Shown here one piece after another: positions 26,241-38,869 of a stretch of DNA of 64,000 bases. The position numbers were made by a program, and so were the translations under genes. The notes under the pieces are model-generated. The model made no database searches, had not been told where the DNA came from, and was given only the letters and a program-made list of their open reading frames with translations. Numbering within the stretch: position 1 is the stretch's first letter; each line of letters starts with the position of its first letter. The DNA comes from the human T2T-CHM13v2.0 reference genome, Homo sapiens. The DNA lies in NCBI RefSeq assembly GCF_009914755.1, contig NC_060942.1, one strand, 5' to 3'.

Positions 26241-26872
26241 GCTGAAGAGAAGCCAAGTGTTGTTGGTGTTTTTCTCTCCCAAGTGTTTTCCCATTTCAGT
26301 TATCAGAAGGTCATGGCCGTGGGGAAAGTGGTGAAGATACCCCTCGTGGCTTGGGGTGCACCTGCTTGTGCAGTCAGCATGTAGCTGCCTTTCCATTTCA
26401 TTCTCTACTGGGCTAAAAATTGCAGCTACAAGTGTTACCATCTTGAAGCAGTCCACTTCCATTCAATTTTTTTTTTTTAATTTTAGAATAACAGTGTCCC
26501 CATACCAAAGGAAGCCTGCTAGCTCATTTCATGTATAAATTTCCCATCTTCAAACAGTTTAGGTGTATTTGTTGCTCTGGTCACATTCTGCATAAAAGAA
26601 ATCCTCTTAAGCCTATGGTTAAGAAAAGCCTTGAAGTTTATATTCAGTTAAAATATATGTCGGTGGAGATAGCCAGTGCTTCTAATTTTGACTTAGTTTC
26701 ATACAGTAAAGCCTAAATGTGAAACGCACACGCTGGAAGATATTGTTCCTATCAATATTTTGCTTTTTATAACAAGGGTTTGTTCATATTGATGCCATTT
26801 TTGCAGGATTTCTTCGTGATTTCTGTCCATATGAAAATGCTGACATTAAACATTAACACATGGAGACCGTGC

Positions 26873-26975
26873 CCTGTGGCCCTGCCGTGGCTGCCAGCAT
26901 GGTCTGTGTTTCCTTGTGGATTCACCTGTGGCCCTGCTGTGGCCACCAGCATGGTCTGTGTCCTCGTGGATTCAC
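26873..26975 (+). repeat. Two-copy 52-bp tandem repeat in the 3' UTR
   Basis: cctgtggccctgc(c/t)gtggc...cagcatggtctgtgt...gtggattcac begins at 26873 and 26925. Confidence 0.9.
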
Positions 26976-27111
26976 TGCAGCTGTCGGATGCGAGTTTCTG
27001 TCATAATCATTTGTTTCCTGATACAATTGTTCTTATTCTTTTCCAAAACTGTAAAATAATCTCCTCCCTCAAATGCAAAGGTTGTTTTTGTTCTGTTTCT
27101 GTTTTCTTTGA

Positions 27112-27117
27112 AATAAA
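27112..27117 (+). terminator. Polyadenylation signal AATAAA
   Basis: Canonical hexamer after a U/GU-rich stretch (27081-27110). A weaker ATTAAA lies at 26845-26850. Confidence 0.75.
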
Positions 27118-27749
27118 ATTATAACGTTAAAAGATCACGATGGCATGTTATTTTCAGCAGCCAGTGGTGGGCAGCTGTGGCAACCGAGGGGGCACCCCGG
27201 CGCTTGTGGCTGCTGGCTTCTCCCTCCTTCGTGGCCTCCAGACGCGGAGCACTGCTGCACATCCCCTGCAGCCCGATACTGTTTCTCAGCATCTGGCAAA
27301 TGGCCCAGATGCATTCTGGTGACAATAACGTATTCTATCATGGATAGCATCTAGAAATCGTGAAGAGCAGGCATGAGAGGAAAGGAGAGTGGTACCTTCT
27401 TTGTTTAAATACAAGTGCCGTTTAAAATCTCTTCCTGAGAGAGCATGGAGACCAGCTCACGCTTTGACCAGTTCAGAAGCGGAACCGGCCTCTTCCTAGC
27501 GCCCTTCTCACTGCTGAGCTCTGTCCACCTAGGGCCACCTCCCTTTAGACAGCCACTCCTCCAAAAAAATAAGAACTGAAGGTAAATTTCAAGGCTGACA
27601 CTGAGATCCATAATTAGCTGAGTATGACTTGCTCATGTTTCTTAACAATGGCAGGGCTATTCAGGGCTTCTTAAACACTGTCTTCAGCAAACAGTGACAG
27701 GATCAAGGTGACCTTTACAAAGTGATGGCCCTCGCCAGGCTTCTCATAC

Positions 27750-27754
<5 letters not shown>

Positions 27755-27785
<31 letters not shown>
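27755..27785 (+). repeat. Poly(A)31 tract
   Basis: Seen directly; no adjacent Alu or L1 body recognised. Confidence 0.95.
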
Positions 27786-27787
<2 letters not shown>

Positions 27788-28856
27788 TTGGCGGGGGGAT
27801 GTTTTTCAGTGGAAAGATTTCTTCTTGATCACTCCTCCCGTTAGCAGTAGCCCACGGCCCTCGGCTCGGATGCTAATTCCTAACCGTGCGTAGTCCTGTA
27901 TGGCTAACCTTTCTGCTGCAGTCCAGGGTGTTGACACTGACATGCTGCAGTGTACCGTCGGTGATTTATTTAGGATAAATATGTCTCAGGTGGCATTTAA
28001 TCCTTCATAAAACCAGTGTAGCCTGCAGTGTCAAACCAGCAATCACGTTGTATGCGCAATGAAAAGAGCAGGCCTTTGCATAAAAAAAAATTGTACAGAA
28101 GGTGTTTCTAGGCCCAGAAGGATTGCGGAGGCTTCACTAAGCCATTGTATCCTGTAATTACCCATAGAGCTAGGTTAATGTTACCTCTCTTTTTCTCTCT
28201 CATTACACAACTATTGGAATGTAAGGGGGTTTAAGAAGTACATACACGAATGTGTGCCTTAGAATAATGAGGCATAGCAGGTTTTGTGAGCAAGGGACAT
28301 TCATTGTGGCATGGATTGTCTATAAAAAAGACAAGCAAGCTGATAGCTTTCCTTGTGACTTTTGCCAGAGAATATGACAGAACTTCAAAGTTTTTTTTTT
28401 TTTAAGGCAAATGAAATATTTACTTGGAGACTAATCCAGAAAGGCCACTTTTGTATTAAGCTGCAGCCAATTAAACGACAGAGCCTCAAGGACGTCTGGC
28501 ATGCAAGGAAGACCAGACCGCCTGAGGCAGCAGATAGTAATGGTTTAGACCTCAGCTTCCATGGCGGAAGTCGAGCAGTGCTCTCTGTATATGCTGGAGA
28601 GTTACAAAGCAAGACAGCAGTTTCCAGAAAAAGGAAGTTGTAGCCACTTGAGGTCACGTTCATGAAACAGAATCAAACCTGCGTCGTTCCGGGATGCCCC
28701 AGGCCTCACCAAGCAGTGGATGTGGAAGAAGCAGGGGAAGATGCTCTCCTAAAATATGTCCCATGCACCGCAGAACAAGCAGGCAAGCTCACGTCACCTG
28801 ATACAGAGATCCTTTTCGCCACGTGGTTTGCTTTGAAGTACCAAGTGAATGTGCCC

Positions 28857-29073
28857 AGGTTCTATGAGTGCAGCGCTGGAAGCTCCACTGCCCTTTACAA
28901 GGTTCTATGAGCGCGGGGCTGGAAGCTCCACTGCCCTTTACAAGGTTCTATGAGCGCGGGGCTGGAAGCTCCACTGCCCTTTACAAGGTTCTATGAGTGT
29001 GGAGCTGGAAACTCCACTGCCCTTTACAAGGTTCTATGAGTGCAGGGCTGGAAACTCCACTGCCATTTACAAG
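28857..29073 (+). repeat. Minisatellite, 5 x 43 bp
   Basis: The unit aggttctatgagYgcrgggctggaarctccactgccctttaca starts at 28857, 28900, 28943, 28986 and 29029. Confidence 0.95.
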
Positions 29074-29076
29074 CTC

Positions 29077-29685
29077 TGTTCAGAAATGGGACCGCAGAGT
29101 ATCACAGAAAAACCAGAGCTGGACAGTAGTTGCACAGGTAAAACCCAGATTTTATTCAGGAAAATGTCAGTAGGGGAAAAAAGACCTGGGCACAGAACTG
29201 GGCTCGGTTCTGAATACAGGAGCAAGCGAAGGTTTACAGCCAAGAAGTTGTGGGGGCAGGCACTGGTGGATGGAAGATGACTAAAAGGACGCAGGGGGAA
29301 GGGGAGCGGGCACTGGTGGATGGAAGATGGCTAAAGGGACGCACTGGTGGTTGGAAGATGACTAAAAGGGCGCACAGGGAAGGGGAGCGGGCACTGGTGG
29401 ATAGAAGATGGCTAAAAGGACGCACGGGGAAGGGGATTATGCCCAAGCCCACAGGACTGGATTCTTGCTGAAGCGAGGCCAGGGCCATCAGATTCCACCT
29501 GAGGCGGAGGGGGCGTGATAGGATAAGGAACCTGGTTAGATCTTATGAGTGAGCAGACATGGAGGGTTAAGGTTAGAGTTCTCGCCAGGATTTCTGGCTA
29601 AACCGATTTGGCAGGGTTCTTGCTGAAACTAGATTTTACAAGGAAGTGCACAGATGGGAAAGTTCAGTCAACCAAAGCTCTGTCA
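29077..29685 (-). mobile_element. Solo ERV1 LTR, MER31-like
   Basis: TG...CA ends. gtaggggaaaaaagacc..agaactgggctc..tgaatacag and gattttacaaggaagtgcacagatggg match the remembered antisense MER31 consensus. No clean TSD. Confidence 0.65.
29260..29436 (+). repeat. Four-copy 50/31-bp tandem repeat inside the LTR
   Basis: gcactggtggatggaagatgrctaaaaggac starts at 29260, 29310, 29341 and 29391. Confidence 0.9.
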
Positions 29686-32600
29686 AAAGTCCTAGGAGGT
29701 GGACGGGGAGGAATCCCGGTCATCTCTACCCAAGTCCCGGTCTCTCTACCCTATTCTCTCGTGGGGCACAGCAAGGCCTCCGCAGGGCCAGGCAGCCCCA
29801 GCCCACCTCTGCTGTAAGAAGCAAGGGGCTGCTCCCCACATGGCATTTGTGTCTCGGTCCTACCGAACTTCTTTTTCCTGAACAAAAGATAAAATGATGG
29901 CATAAGGAAAGCATCCAAGAACCAGCTTGGATTTCTAACCCAGAGCTGGTTCTAGGAAGAGAATTAGGGAACAAGAAAGGTCATTCATTTAGCAAACTAA
30001 AAATCTGTAAGTTTTCACTTCTTTGGCTGTTTAATATTAGCCCATAATTTAAGAGAGCACACAGCTCACTTAAGCAACCTCCTCCTGTTCCATCTTGTTG
30101 AAGAATACAATTCGTTTTCTCCTCCTCTAGGGTGATATCATTTTACATGAAGAAAAAAGTTCTCTCGGATGGCAGTTATACGTTTCGGAAGCACCTTCTA
30201 ATCAGGGATGGGTGATTCATTATTAGCTTCAGCAGGCGATCCATCTGACATGTAAGGGGAAAAAATTAGCAGCTGTCACGGCATGATGAGTTAATTTCCT
30301 GATGGGCCTGACACCGAAAAGCCATTTGGAGACATGGCAGAGGCTGACAAGAAAACCTGGCGCTGCTTTATAATTGGAGATAAAGAAAGGGCAGAGAAAC
30401 AGGCCGAGGATGGCCCCCAGGTCTGCAGGCTGGGGGGTGCCTGTGAGCTCTGCGTGGTCGTGGCTATGGCCTGAGGCCGTGGCCCTGGCTGGCTGTGTCC
30501 AGGTCCGGGGTGGTCGCCACTGCTCCCTCTGGGATGAGAGTGGCCCGGGGCCTGGCATTCTCCCCAAGAGGCAGAGCGTGCCTGCTGGCCTCCTTTCCAT
30601 GGTCACCTTGGCGATTTTCATAACTGGAGCTCAGGATTCCCATTGTGGGATGACTTTTCATCACTATGAGAAAGTAACCCATTAAGTAAATACCATGGAA
30701 ACCCAGGCAGGCGGGAGTGGTGGGCCTGGGGCAGCAGGCGGGATTCAGTCTGGCTTCCCTCGCCCCCCGCCTTCAGCTGCACCTCCACAGGGCATCCATT
30801 GCAAACCCAACAAGATGAAAAAAACACTGTAAGAAATATCCTGAAGATGGAAATTAGAGAAATCAGCATTATGAAGCCAGCTTTGAAATACCAGGCTGGA
30901 TGTGCTGGTCTTCACTGGGTGAAGGAGGTATCTGCTGAAGGCTTAGCATGTGGGCTTCTAGAATCCAGGCCCCACGTCTGGACCCTGAAACCCTCTGGTG
31001 AGAAAACAAAGAGGCCCAGCCCGTTACAGGCTGGGACACGTCGATGACTCTTGGCTTTCTTGGACTCTGGATCTGTAAAATCGACAAGGCAGAGGTGGGT
31101 CTTGAACCTCATGTTTGAGAAGTAAGCATGAGGGAAAGAACCTTCCACCCAAATGCCTACACCCTGCAGTCAGGACACAACTCTGCTTTTCTCTAGGCTG
31201 GACTCGAAGGATGCCCCCCTAAAGAGCTCACCAGCTGGAGACAGAAGACAGCCGTGGTCACAAAGCCCATTACCAGAATTAAATAAATCCGTTCTAAATC
31301 TCCCAGGCAAAGAATCATTTACTTCCTCCATGGCCCTGCATTTTCAATACCTTTTAATAAATTCTTTTAAAATGACCTAATTTCAACATGGCTTTCAACT
31401 TCATAAAAAGACAATTTATAACCAGGATAAACATGAACCTAGGACATGCCATTTCAGTCCTCTCCAGGATCTCACGTTACGCTTCAAATAACTTTTTAAG
31501 TGGAAGAATAAAAACCAACACAAAGTCAAGGTTTGTTTTTTAATTTCCACATTGAGCTCTGGTTTGAGCCTGAGCTTTCCAAGGCTGATCTGGGCTCCCT
31601 GCTTGTCCCGCCGGCGTCGGGCCCCTCCTGTGCAGGAAGCCGTCAGGGAGCCCCAGTTAGGAAGGGATCTCCCAGAGCAGGGCCACCTCTGTCCTCGCCT
31701 CCACTGCGCCACAGAGCCCCAGCAAATCTGCAGAGCTATCATGACTGATCTGTAAATAGGGCCATAACCCACGAATACAGTCTACCCCCAGTCTGGGCTC
31801 CCCTCTTTCACCTGTGCTCCTGCCGCAGTTGAAGGAGATAGAAGACGTTTTCATATCAGGATTGCAACATACGGCCCGTGGGAGAGCATGGTGATCCTAA
31901 CCTATGCCTGGAAACGACGCTGCGAGTGACTTTTCTGGTAAGGGTCGGGACTCACAGTGATTGTCCAACGCGCAGTCTCTCACCCGTATTCAGAATGTCC
32001 TGGGAAACAGGCGGGGCTCTGGCTACGAGGCCACATATGTCCCACCTCCCCTGACCCCCCGCATGTCACAGGGCTCAGGTGCCTTTTCCTTTATCTCTAA
32101 TTCCAGCTGTAAGCTCATGCCCCTGCACACAGCCTCTGCGTGTTCATCTTCAGGCCCTGAGCTTCTTGTGCAGCTAGGTAGGCGCTCAGCAAGTTACTTT
32201 AAATGGGTGGATAAATACATGGATTGTCAATTCGTCATCAGTTTTTCCTGTTTGCTTACTCACCTTCCTCTCTGTTGGTTTAGTCATAATGTTCTCAAAT
32301 AACAAAAGCCTTTGGCAGGAATTGAATCAGATGAATGCACCGTGAACACACTGTCTTTTGGTCACGCTGGTTCAGAGCACGTCCCTCTACCTACTTCCAC
32401 CTTTTTCAAAAACATTTCTTGATGAGCAGGGCCCTGAGACCAAACTTCACGGCAGACGCTGGATCTGAGTCACACTGTCTTGTCATGTGTGGTCAGGTGA
32501 CCTGCAGCTTCCACCAGCAGGAAGAGATGCTGGGAGAGGATTTCCTCTTCACTCGCAGTCATCGTCATCTGAAGGGAAGCCTGCAAGTTCGTTCTGTTTC

Positions 32601-34045
32601 TAGTAAGATTTGTCTTTGCTTATGTCCTGGCTTCTTCCTCGCCCTGCAGACTTGGGCCAGTGCTGTTCACTGCACAGTTATTCTTTCCTCGACGTGCCGT
32701 GCAGAGAAGGCTGGTGTTTTGGGTAGTCTTGAACAATGGGGACTTCCTCTTCTCTAGAGAGAGCTCTTTGACTATAGGCAGGAAATGCTGCACGGGAGCC
32801 TGGTTAGCAGGGGTGCTGTGGGCCCCGGGCTGCAGGGCCTGCTGTGCATGCAGCAGCATCTCGTGACGGGTCATCTCCTGGTGCGTCCTGTGATGAAGCA
32901 GGTGCGCCACAAGCCAGAGAGGAGCACCAGAGGGGAAAATAACACCCTGTCCATCTGACTGCAGAAGGCATGCCCCTCACATCTCCGTGCCTCTGCAATC
33001 GAGACACAGCGAGAGTGTCTCAGATGTAACGAATACCATAAATCTGTGTAAAGCAAGTCCTGGGGGAAGAAGAAGTATGGGGTCTCCCTTGGAAAGGACA
33101 ACAAATATGCCACAGAATGGCACCCAGCACCCCTGAGGTGAGCCCAGCAGGCTGTGGACGGTGCTGAATTTCCAGTTACTTCTTAAGGCCTAAAGAAGAT
33201 GGCTCAGCATGCTCCTGGCCTCTAATGCATTTGGAGTGGGGCAAAACACACACCTTCTCAGTGAGAGGGACTCAAGAGGTCCCAGAGGTGCAATCCTAAA
33301 ATGGACAGGCTGCTCTTGGAGAAAAGGCGCCCTCCAGGCCTGGAAGACTCTAGCAGAGGCTGGTGGGCTCGATAGAGACACACAGTCTAGAAGGGCGTCC
33401 TCGCCGGGCCCGCCTGGCCCTGGGGCCACCAGGGCGTGTTCTGCAGTTCTGGGAAGCGGATCTGCTGACTGGGTCCTGAGCTGAGAACCGTGACTTCATT
33501 CCAGGCCTTCGATTTTATGAATAAGAGCTGGCCTCGAACTGCTGTGATGTCAGAGGAGTCACCTGTGCATCCTGAGGCTAGTGGGTCCTCTACAGAGTGA
33601 AGGCTGAGAATAGATAGACCCTAATATTAACACCAGCTCTAAGCCCTTTGATGATGTGAACAAGTCTCAGCGAGTGTCCGTGAATTGTTGAAGGAGAGTA
33701 TCAGAAAGACAACACGGTCTGGACGTGGCAGTGATGGCAAAGTGTCCCCAAAGAAGCTGAAATCCATATAAGGTGGCCTTCTGACAGGTGCGTAGCGAGT
33801 CTTAGTTACATTGAGGGCAGAACGTCTCCCAGAGCAGCGAGCGTGGACTGTAACCTGACTGAACACATTCAGGAACCTGGAGAGAGGACGCCAGAGCCCG
33901 TGGGTGGCCGTGGGAGGACAGGGGAAGGAAGGCTTAGAGAAGCAGCCGCAGACGCTCACGGCAGGGCCGTGCAGGCAGAGGCATGTGGCCGAGGCCCCCA
34001 CACTCCCTGCACGGAGAGGCTCCCAGCAGCCCAGTCCTCTGCCCT

Positions 34046-34180
34046 GGGGGTCCTCAGCCAGGTGGCCTGGCCCCAGGGGACAAGTGGCCGTGTCTGGGTT
34101 GCCACAACTAGATGTGTGGTGGGTGGAGGCCAGGCCACTGCTGAGCCCTACGGTGCCCGGGATGACACAGCCCCTGTGCA
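34046..34180. mobile_element. Degenerate MER20-like hAT-Charlie element
   Basis: gccccaggggacaagtggccgtgtctgg..ttgccacaact..gtgggtggaggccagg..ctgctgag resembles MER20. Confidence 0.5.
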
Positions 34181-34464
34181 CCAGAGTCCGGGGAGACCCG
34201 CCCCAGGTCCCTGCCGCCTATGTGCCCTCATCTGGGCTGGCTGTGTCACTGGGCGCCTCCAGTAAGAATGTGTGGCTCTATGTCTAATGCAGAAATCAGC
34301 TGGCCTGCTGGCATTAGCTCCACTCCTCTGAGGGAAGGAGAGAACTGGGATTCGCTGCACACCAGGGTAACGCATCCCCGCCTGGGCGCACTTGCACGGC
34401 CAGGTGAAACCCTGGATATGGGGAGGCTGGTGGGCCACATGCCGTCTCCTGGGGCCTTCAGGTC

Positions 34465-34478
34465 GCACCCTCTGGTGG
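34465..34478 (-). promoter_or_regulatory. Candidate CTCF core motif
   Basis: The minus strand reads CCACCAGAGGGTGC (consensus with a decayed CpG). Motif match only. Confidence 0.3.
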
Positions 34479-35194
34479 TGGGAGGTGAAGGCGACCGCCC
34501 CACCCATGCCCAGGAGAAGCTGGGGAGCTGGGCTGCAGGACGAAGTGAGTCCAAGCTGTGCCCCAGCCCGGGCTGCTCGTTAGGGTTGTGACACACACCG
34601 CTGTCACTCCTGTTGAAGATGGAGCCTGGCAGAGGGAAGGGGAGTCCCTCCTGGAACCTGAGGAGACAGAGAATGAAGCAAGGGGTGAAGGCCCGACCTC
34701 CTCCCAGCAGCATGGAGCGTGGCAGGGTGGCCTTCGCAGGGTCCAGCCTGATGGGGCCAAGGCCCCAGGACCCTCTGTGGCTCATACCACATACATCTGT
34801 GTTTCGTTTCTGTTAAGCCAGTGACACATCCCAGCTCTTTATCCAGAGGAAACCCAAGCAGGCTACCAAGAAGGAGGAAGATCACTCGGTCCTGTGCCGT
34901 CAGGTTCCAAACATGACAGCACACAGCCATGAAGCCCTGCCCCATTCAGCCAGCCCTGTGCAAAGCTTTCCAGATACATGACCTTCCCTACTGCCTCCTG
35001 AACCCCACGGGACATGTGGCATTAGCCACACTTACAGAGCCTCAGAAAGGCTAAGCAGCTCGCCCAGTGACACACAGTGGAGGTGACAGGGCCCCATCCC
35101 CAGCTTTAGGTCACGGCTTCCCTCCTCACTCATACGAACAGCGGACACCACATAGAACAGAGGCGCCAGGCCCTGCCCGAAGTGCTTTAATGCA

Positions 35195-35575
35195 TGATGT
35201 GCTTCAGCTCTGTGTCCCCACCCAAATCTCATCTGGAATTGTAATCCCCAGGTGTTGAGGGAGAGGCCTGGTGGGAGTGGAGGGAGAGGCCTGGTGGGAG
35301 GTGATTGACTCATGGGGGCGGTTTCCCCCATGCTGTTCTCGTGATAGTGAGTGAGCTCTCACAAGATCTGGTGGTTTTATAAGGGGCTCTTTCCCCTTTG
35401 CTTTCTCTTCTCTCTCTCCTGCCACCATGTGAAGATGGTCCTTGCTTCCCCTTTGCCTTCTGCCATAACTGTAAGTTTCCTGAGGCCTCCCCAGCCATGT
35501 GGAAATGTGAGTCAATTAAACCTTTTTCCCAGTCTTGGGTATTTCTTTATACCAGGGTGAAAATGGACTAATACA
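35195..35575 (+). mobile_element. Solo MaLR LTR, THE1 family (THE1D-like)
   Basis: tgatgtg..ctctgtgtccccacccaaatctcatc...gtgagtcaattaaacc...ggactaataca, with a perfect 5-bp TSD ATGCA (35190-35194, 35576-35580). Contains an internal 23-bp duplication near 35257-35300. Confidence 0.92.
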
Positions 35576-36146
35576 ATGCACAACTCACTTCAGGCCCCAA
35601 CAAGTTTCTGAGCTCAGCGCTGTGGATATGGACCCATTTTACAGATGAGTGGGACAGGGAGGCAGGCCCCTCACCAGGTCCCACATTCATAATGGCCAAA
35701 GAAGCCCTTGAGCCTGGTGGTCCTGCCCGAGACATCTCCCCATCTCTGTGCCAGAGGCCTTTCAGAACATGTGGCTCTCGGGTTCGTTGGTCGGTGATGA
35801 GGGCTCATCTCACTCTGAGCCTCGGCCACCCTCCAATGAGGTCTCCTTCCACTTCCTGCCACTATTTTCTCTTTTGTCTGGGACGTTCCCTGATTTCCTT
35901 TCCCATCTGGTGCATTTGCATGAGTCCTCAAGGCATCCTCCAGCCCTGGTGTTTGTGTGCAGTGAACTGACTGGGCTGTGTGCCTCCCACCCTGGGGGAC
36001 AGGTCATGGTCACTAAAAGTGACAGAAGGATGAGCCTGAAAAATGTCCAGCCCTATTCAGAATAGAAGAGAAAGGCCTGTGACCACTTCTACAAACTCAA
36101 AATTGACACACAGATGTCAGGACAAGACTCACAGCTGGGGCTGAGT

Positions 36147-36390
36147 CCCCCAGGCCAGAAGGGAGGCCAGCGGAGGTCCTCCAGGCCAAGAGTGAGGATG
36201 GGTGAGTTCCCCCGGGCCAGGAGGAGTGAGGGTGGTGGAGGTCCCGGGGCCAGGACGGAGGCCAGCAGAGATCCCCCAGGCCAGGAAAGAGGCTGACAGA
36301 GATCCCCTGGGGTCAGGAGGGAGGCTAGTAGAGGTCTCTCCGGGCCAGAAGGGAGGCTGGCAGCGGTTGCCTTGGGGCCAGGAGGAGGCT
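36147..36390 (+). repeat. Degenerate ~30-bp G-rich minisatellite, about 8 copies
   Basis: Recurring cccc(a/g)ggccagRagggaggcYagcRgagRt pattern. Confidence 0.7.
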
Positions 36391-38765
36391 CAGCTGCTGT
36401 TTTCCTGTCAAGAGTCTAGGGTCTCCGAGGCCCAGCTGCCCACTATCACCACATGCTGTCACCCAGCATGAGACACTGTCTACTCCAGCCTCGGATCTGG
36501 GAGTCCAGATGTCTACACCCAGGCTGCACTCCTGGGGACAGTGGGGACAGCAGGGCATGGAAGCTGATGGCTCCTCTCAGCTTTCTCCTGATGCTGCTTC
36601 ATTTATTTTTCCACCTGTGGATCCCAGAAGCCACCATCTACGTGTTTTCTGTCCATTGTTCTCTCAACACCACCTGATGTCACAGTCCTGGGAGCTCCTC
36701 CCTGCAGAGGGCAGGGCTGGGCCAGTGCCTGCCCTCGTGGATGCCGAAGCAAGAAATACCCTTCGTGGGGAGGATGGAGGGTGGGAGGGCAGTACCTGGC
36801 AGGTGCTTCCCTTCCTTGGAGGGGTTCCCTCGGGGGACAGGCTGGAGACCCGCAGCCCCTCCCTGAACCCTCAGGTTGCGTCCCCCAGCGGCTCCCTGCA
36901 GCCAGGGCTTGGCTTCCTCTCCCCGTGGTCCCCTCTGCTCCTGGACATGCTGCTCTGAGGACAGCGTCCACTGGACCCCAGGCACTAAGGCCTGGGTTTT
37001 GCTCCTCGCATCTTTGCAGAGGCTGTGGTTTGGTTTTGGGCTCAGCCGCCTGCACCCCTGAATGTGGAACAACGTGCCCAGGGCCTGAGCATCTTTGGAG
37101 GTCTCCATGCCGGCTGGGCCATGGTTCCTGGTCCCCACAATGTCCAGGTGGCTGCCGCTCACACAACAGCAGAGCTGTTCAAAGAATAAGAGGAAAAAAG
37201 CCGTGTGTGCATGCTCACCCAAAAGGCTCTGTGCTGTTGTTCTACATTGGAACAAAATCTATCTTTGCAACAAGTGGATGGAAATGCGTATTAACGTATT
37301 TGAGCCTCTTGAGGGGTTGGAATATCAGCCTTGCCAGCCACAGGGCAGTGGTGGACTTGAGCAGAGGGAGGAGGAGGAGGAAGAGGGCTGAGCCACTCTC
37401 TGGCATCCTCAGGTCACTCTTCAGCTGCCGTTTTGAGGACATTTTGCAAGGATTAGCTCAGGGAGAGCCCCACAGGGTGCAAGTCCACACTGCCGAGCAG
37501 GACTTGAATGCTACGAGTTGTCTGCCTTGGGTCTGGGACCCCAGGGTCAACGGGACCCAGAGAGGCGCCTGTCATCTGTCCCTGGAATCGCTTCTGATTT
37601 TTTTTAATAAAGTTCATACAAATAGAAGTTCTAGCATTTTTTTCTGTACCAGTGGATTGTCTGCATCCCTTTCTGGTGACCCCCACCCAGAGCACCCCCA
37701 TATGCAGAGCCTCGCTGTCTGCTCTTGCCACTCCTTGACGTGAGATGGTGCTGAGGCCCAGCCGAGCTCAGTTTCATTCAGTTCTAAGTAGTTCGTATCT
37801 TCCTGGTCTGGAGGGAGAGCTTCCTCTGCATCACCCCCAGGAGCACAGCTGTGGCCTTCTGGGGAGGTATCACACTGTGTGAGGATCCTGTGAGGTCACA
37901 AGATATCCTTAGCCCCAGCTCCTGTTCCTCCCATCCCCGTTCTCAGTGCAGCCTCAAAGTCCACTCTATTCCCATGAACACCTGCCCCATGGGACACATA
38001 TTGCCTCTGTTCCGTACCCCAAGCCCACTGAAGAGTCAGAGAACTGACAGAGCAAGAGAACAAACGAAGAGGCAGGAGCAGAGATGAGATGAGATTTGGG
38101 AAAGGCACACATGGCTGGGGAACTGACACTAAAGGGTGCAAAGCCCAGGCCACAGCCCCTCCTGGCAGGGGCATCCTGGCAGTGCTAGCCAGCAGCCAGG
38201 CTCCAGGGCCCAGCTCAGGCCTGGCTGCAGGCACTGTGGGATGCGGGTGAGCCATGGAGTGAAAGCAGGCCTGTTCCTCTATGGGACCTTTGCAGCCAAA
38301 CCCCCAGACCCACTCCCCAACCAAGAAATAGCAGGACAATTTTTTCATCTGGAGAAATCCAACCAGCAAGGCTCTGGAGCTGGGGACACGGCAGAGTGAA
38401 GGAGATGCCAAGCACGAGATGGGACTGAGAAAAGCTCAACCCCCTGATCACCGAGACTTGCCTCCTCAGCCTCCCTGGCTAGGCTTCTAGTACCATGGAA
38501 GCCAAATATGTACCCCCAGGGAGGAGACTAGAAGATTCTTTTTCTGGAGAAATTGAACCACTCCAGAGAGAAGCCCTCCACATAAGACACTCAAGGGTTT
38601 TTCCAGTGGAAAAGCTGACTGCTGTCAGATGGCTCTGGAGAGAGGGCCAGTCGCCAGGAAGTCCCATGTACCCACAAAGAGCTTCAATCAGCCTCAATGC
38701 CTCCCTCAGCTATGCACATGAAGCTAAGGACCCATGTGAATTAAAAAGATCAAAAATAAATAAGA

Positions 38766-38855
38766 GCCTGTGATCCCAGCACTTGTGGAGGTTGATGATC
38801 ACTTCAGGCCAAGAGTTCTAGAACAGCCTGGGCAACACAGTGAGACCCCAAAGTT
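38766..38855 (+). mobile_element. Truncated Alu monomer (FLAM/AluJ-like)
   Basis: gcctgtgatcccagcactt...cagcctgggcaacacagtgagacccc. Confidence 0.75.
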
Positions 38856-38869
38856 AAATAATAAGAGAG

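Larger units (their letters stand above)
25933..27136 (+). other. ZNF407: Predicted 3' UTR of ZNF407 (about 1.2 kb; 3' end approximate)
   Basis: Runs from the stop codon to about 20 nt after the first AATAAA. The proximal part is GC-rich and the distal part AU-rich. Confidence 0.7.

Noticed and set aside
28857-29073. 43-bp array as a CRISPR-like locus
   Set aside because: Head-to-tail units with no unique spacers, in mammalian DNA with no cas genes; it is a minisatellite.
36781-37743. 320-aa ORF
   Set aside because: GTG start, no recognisable domain, heterogeneous composition, and GC-rich context where long chance ORFs are common.
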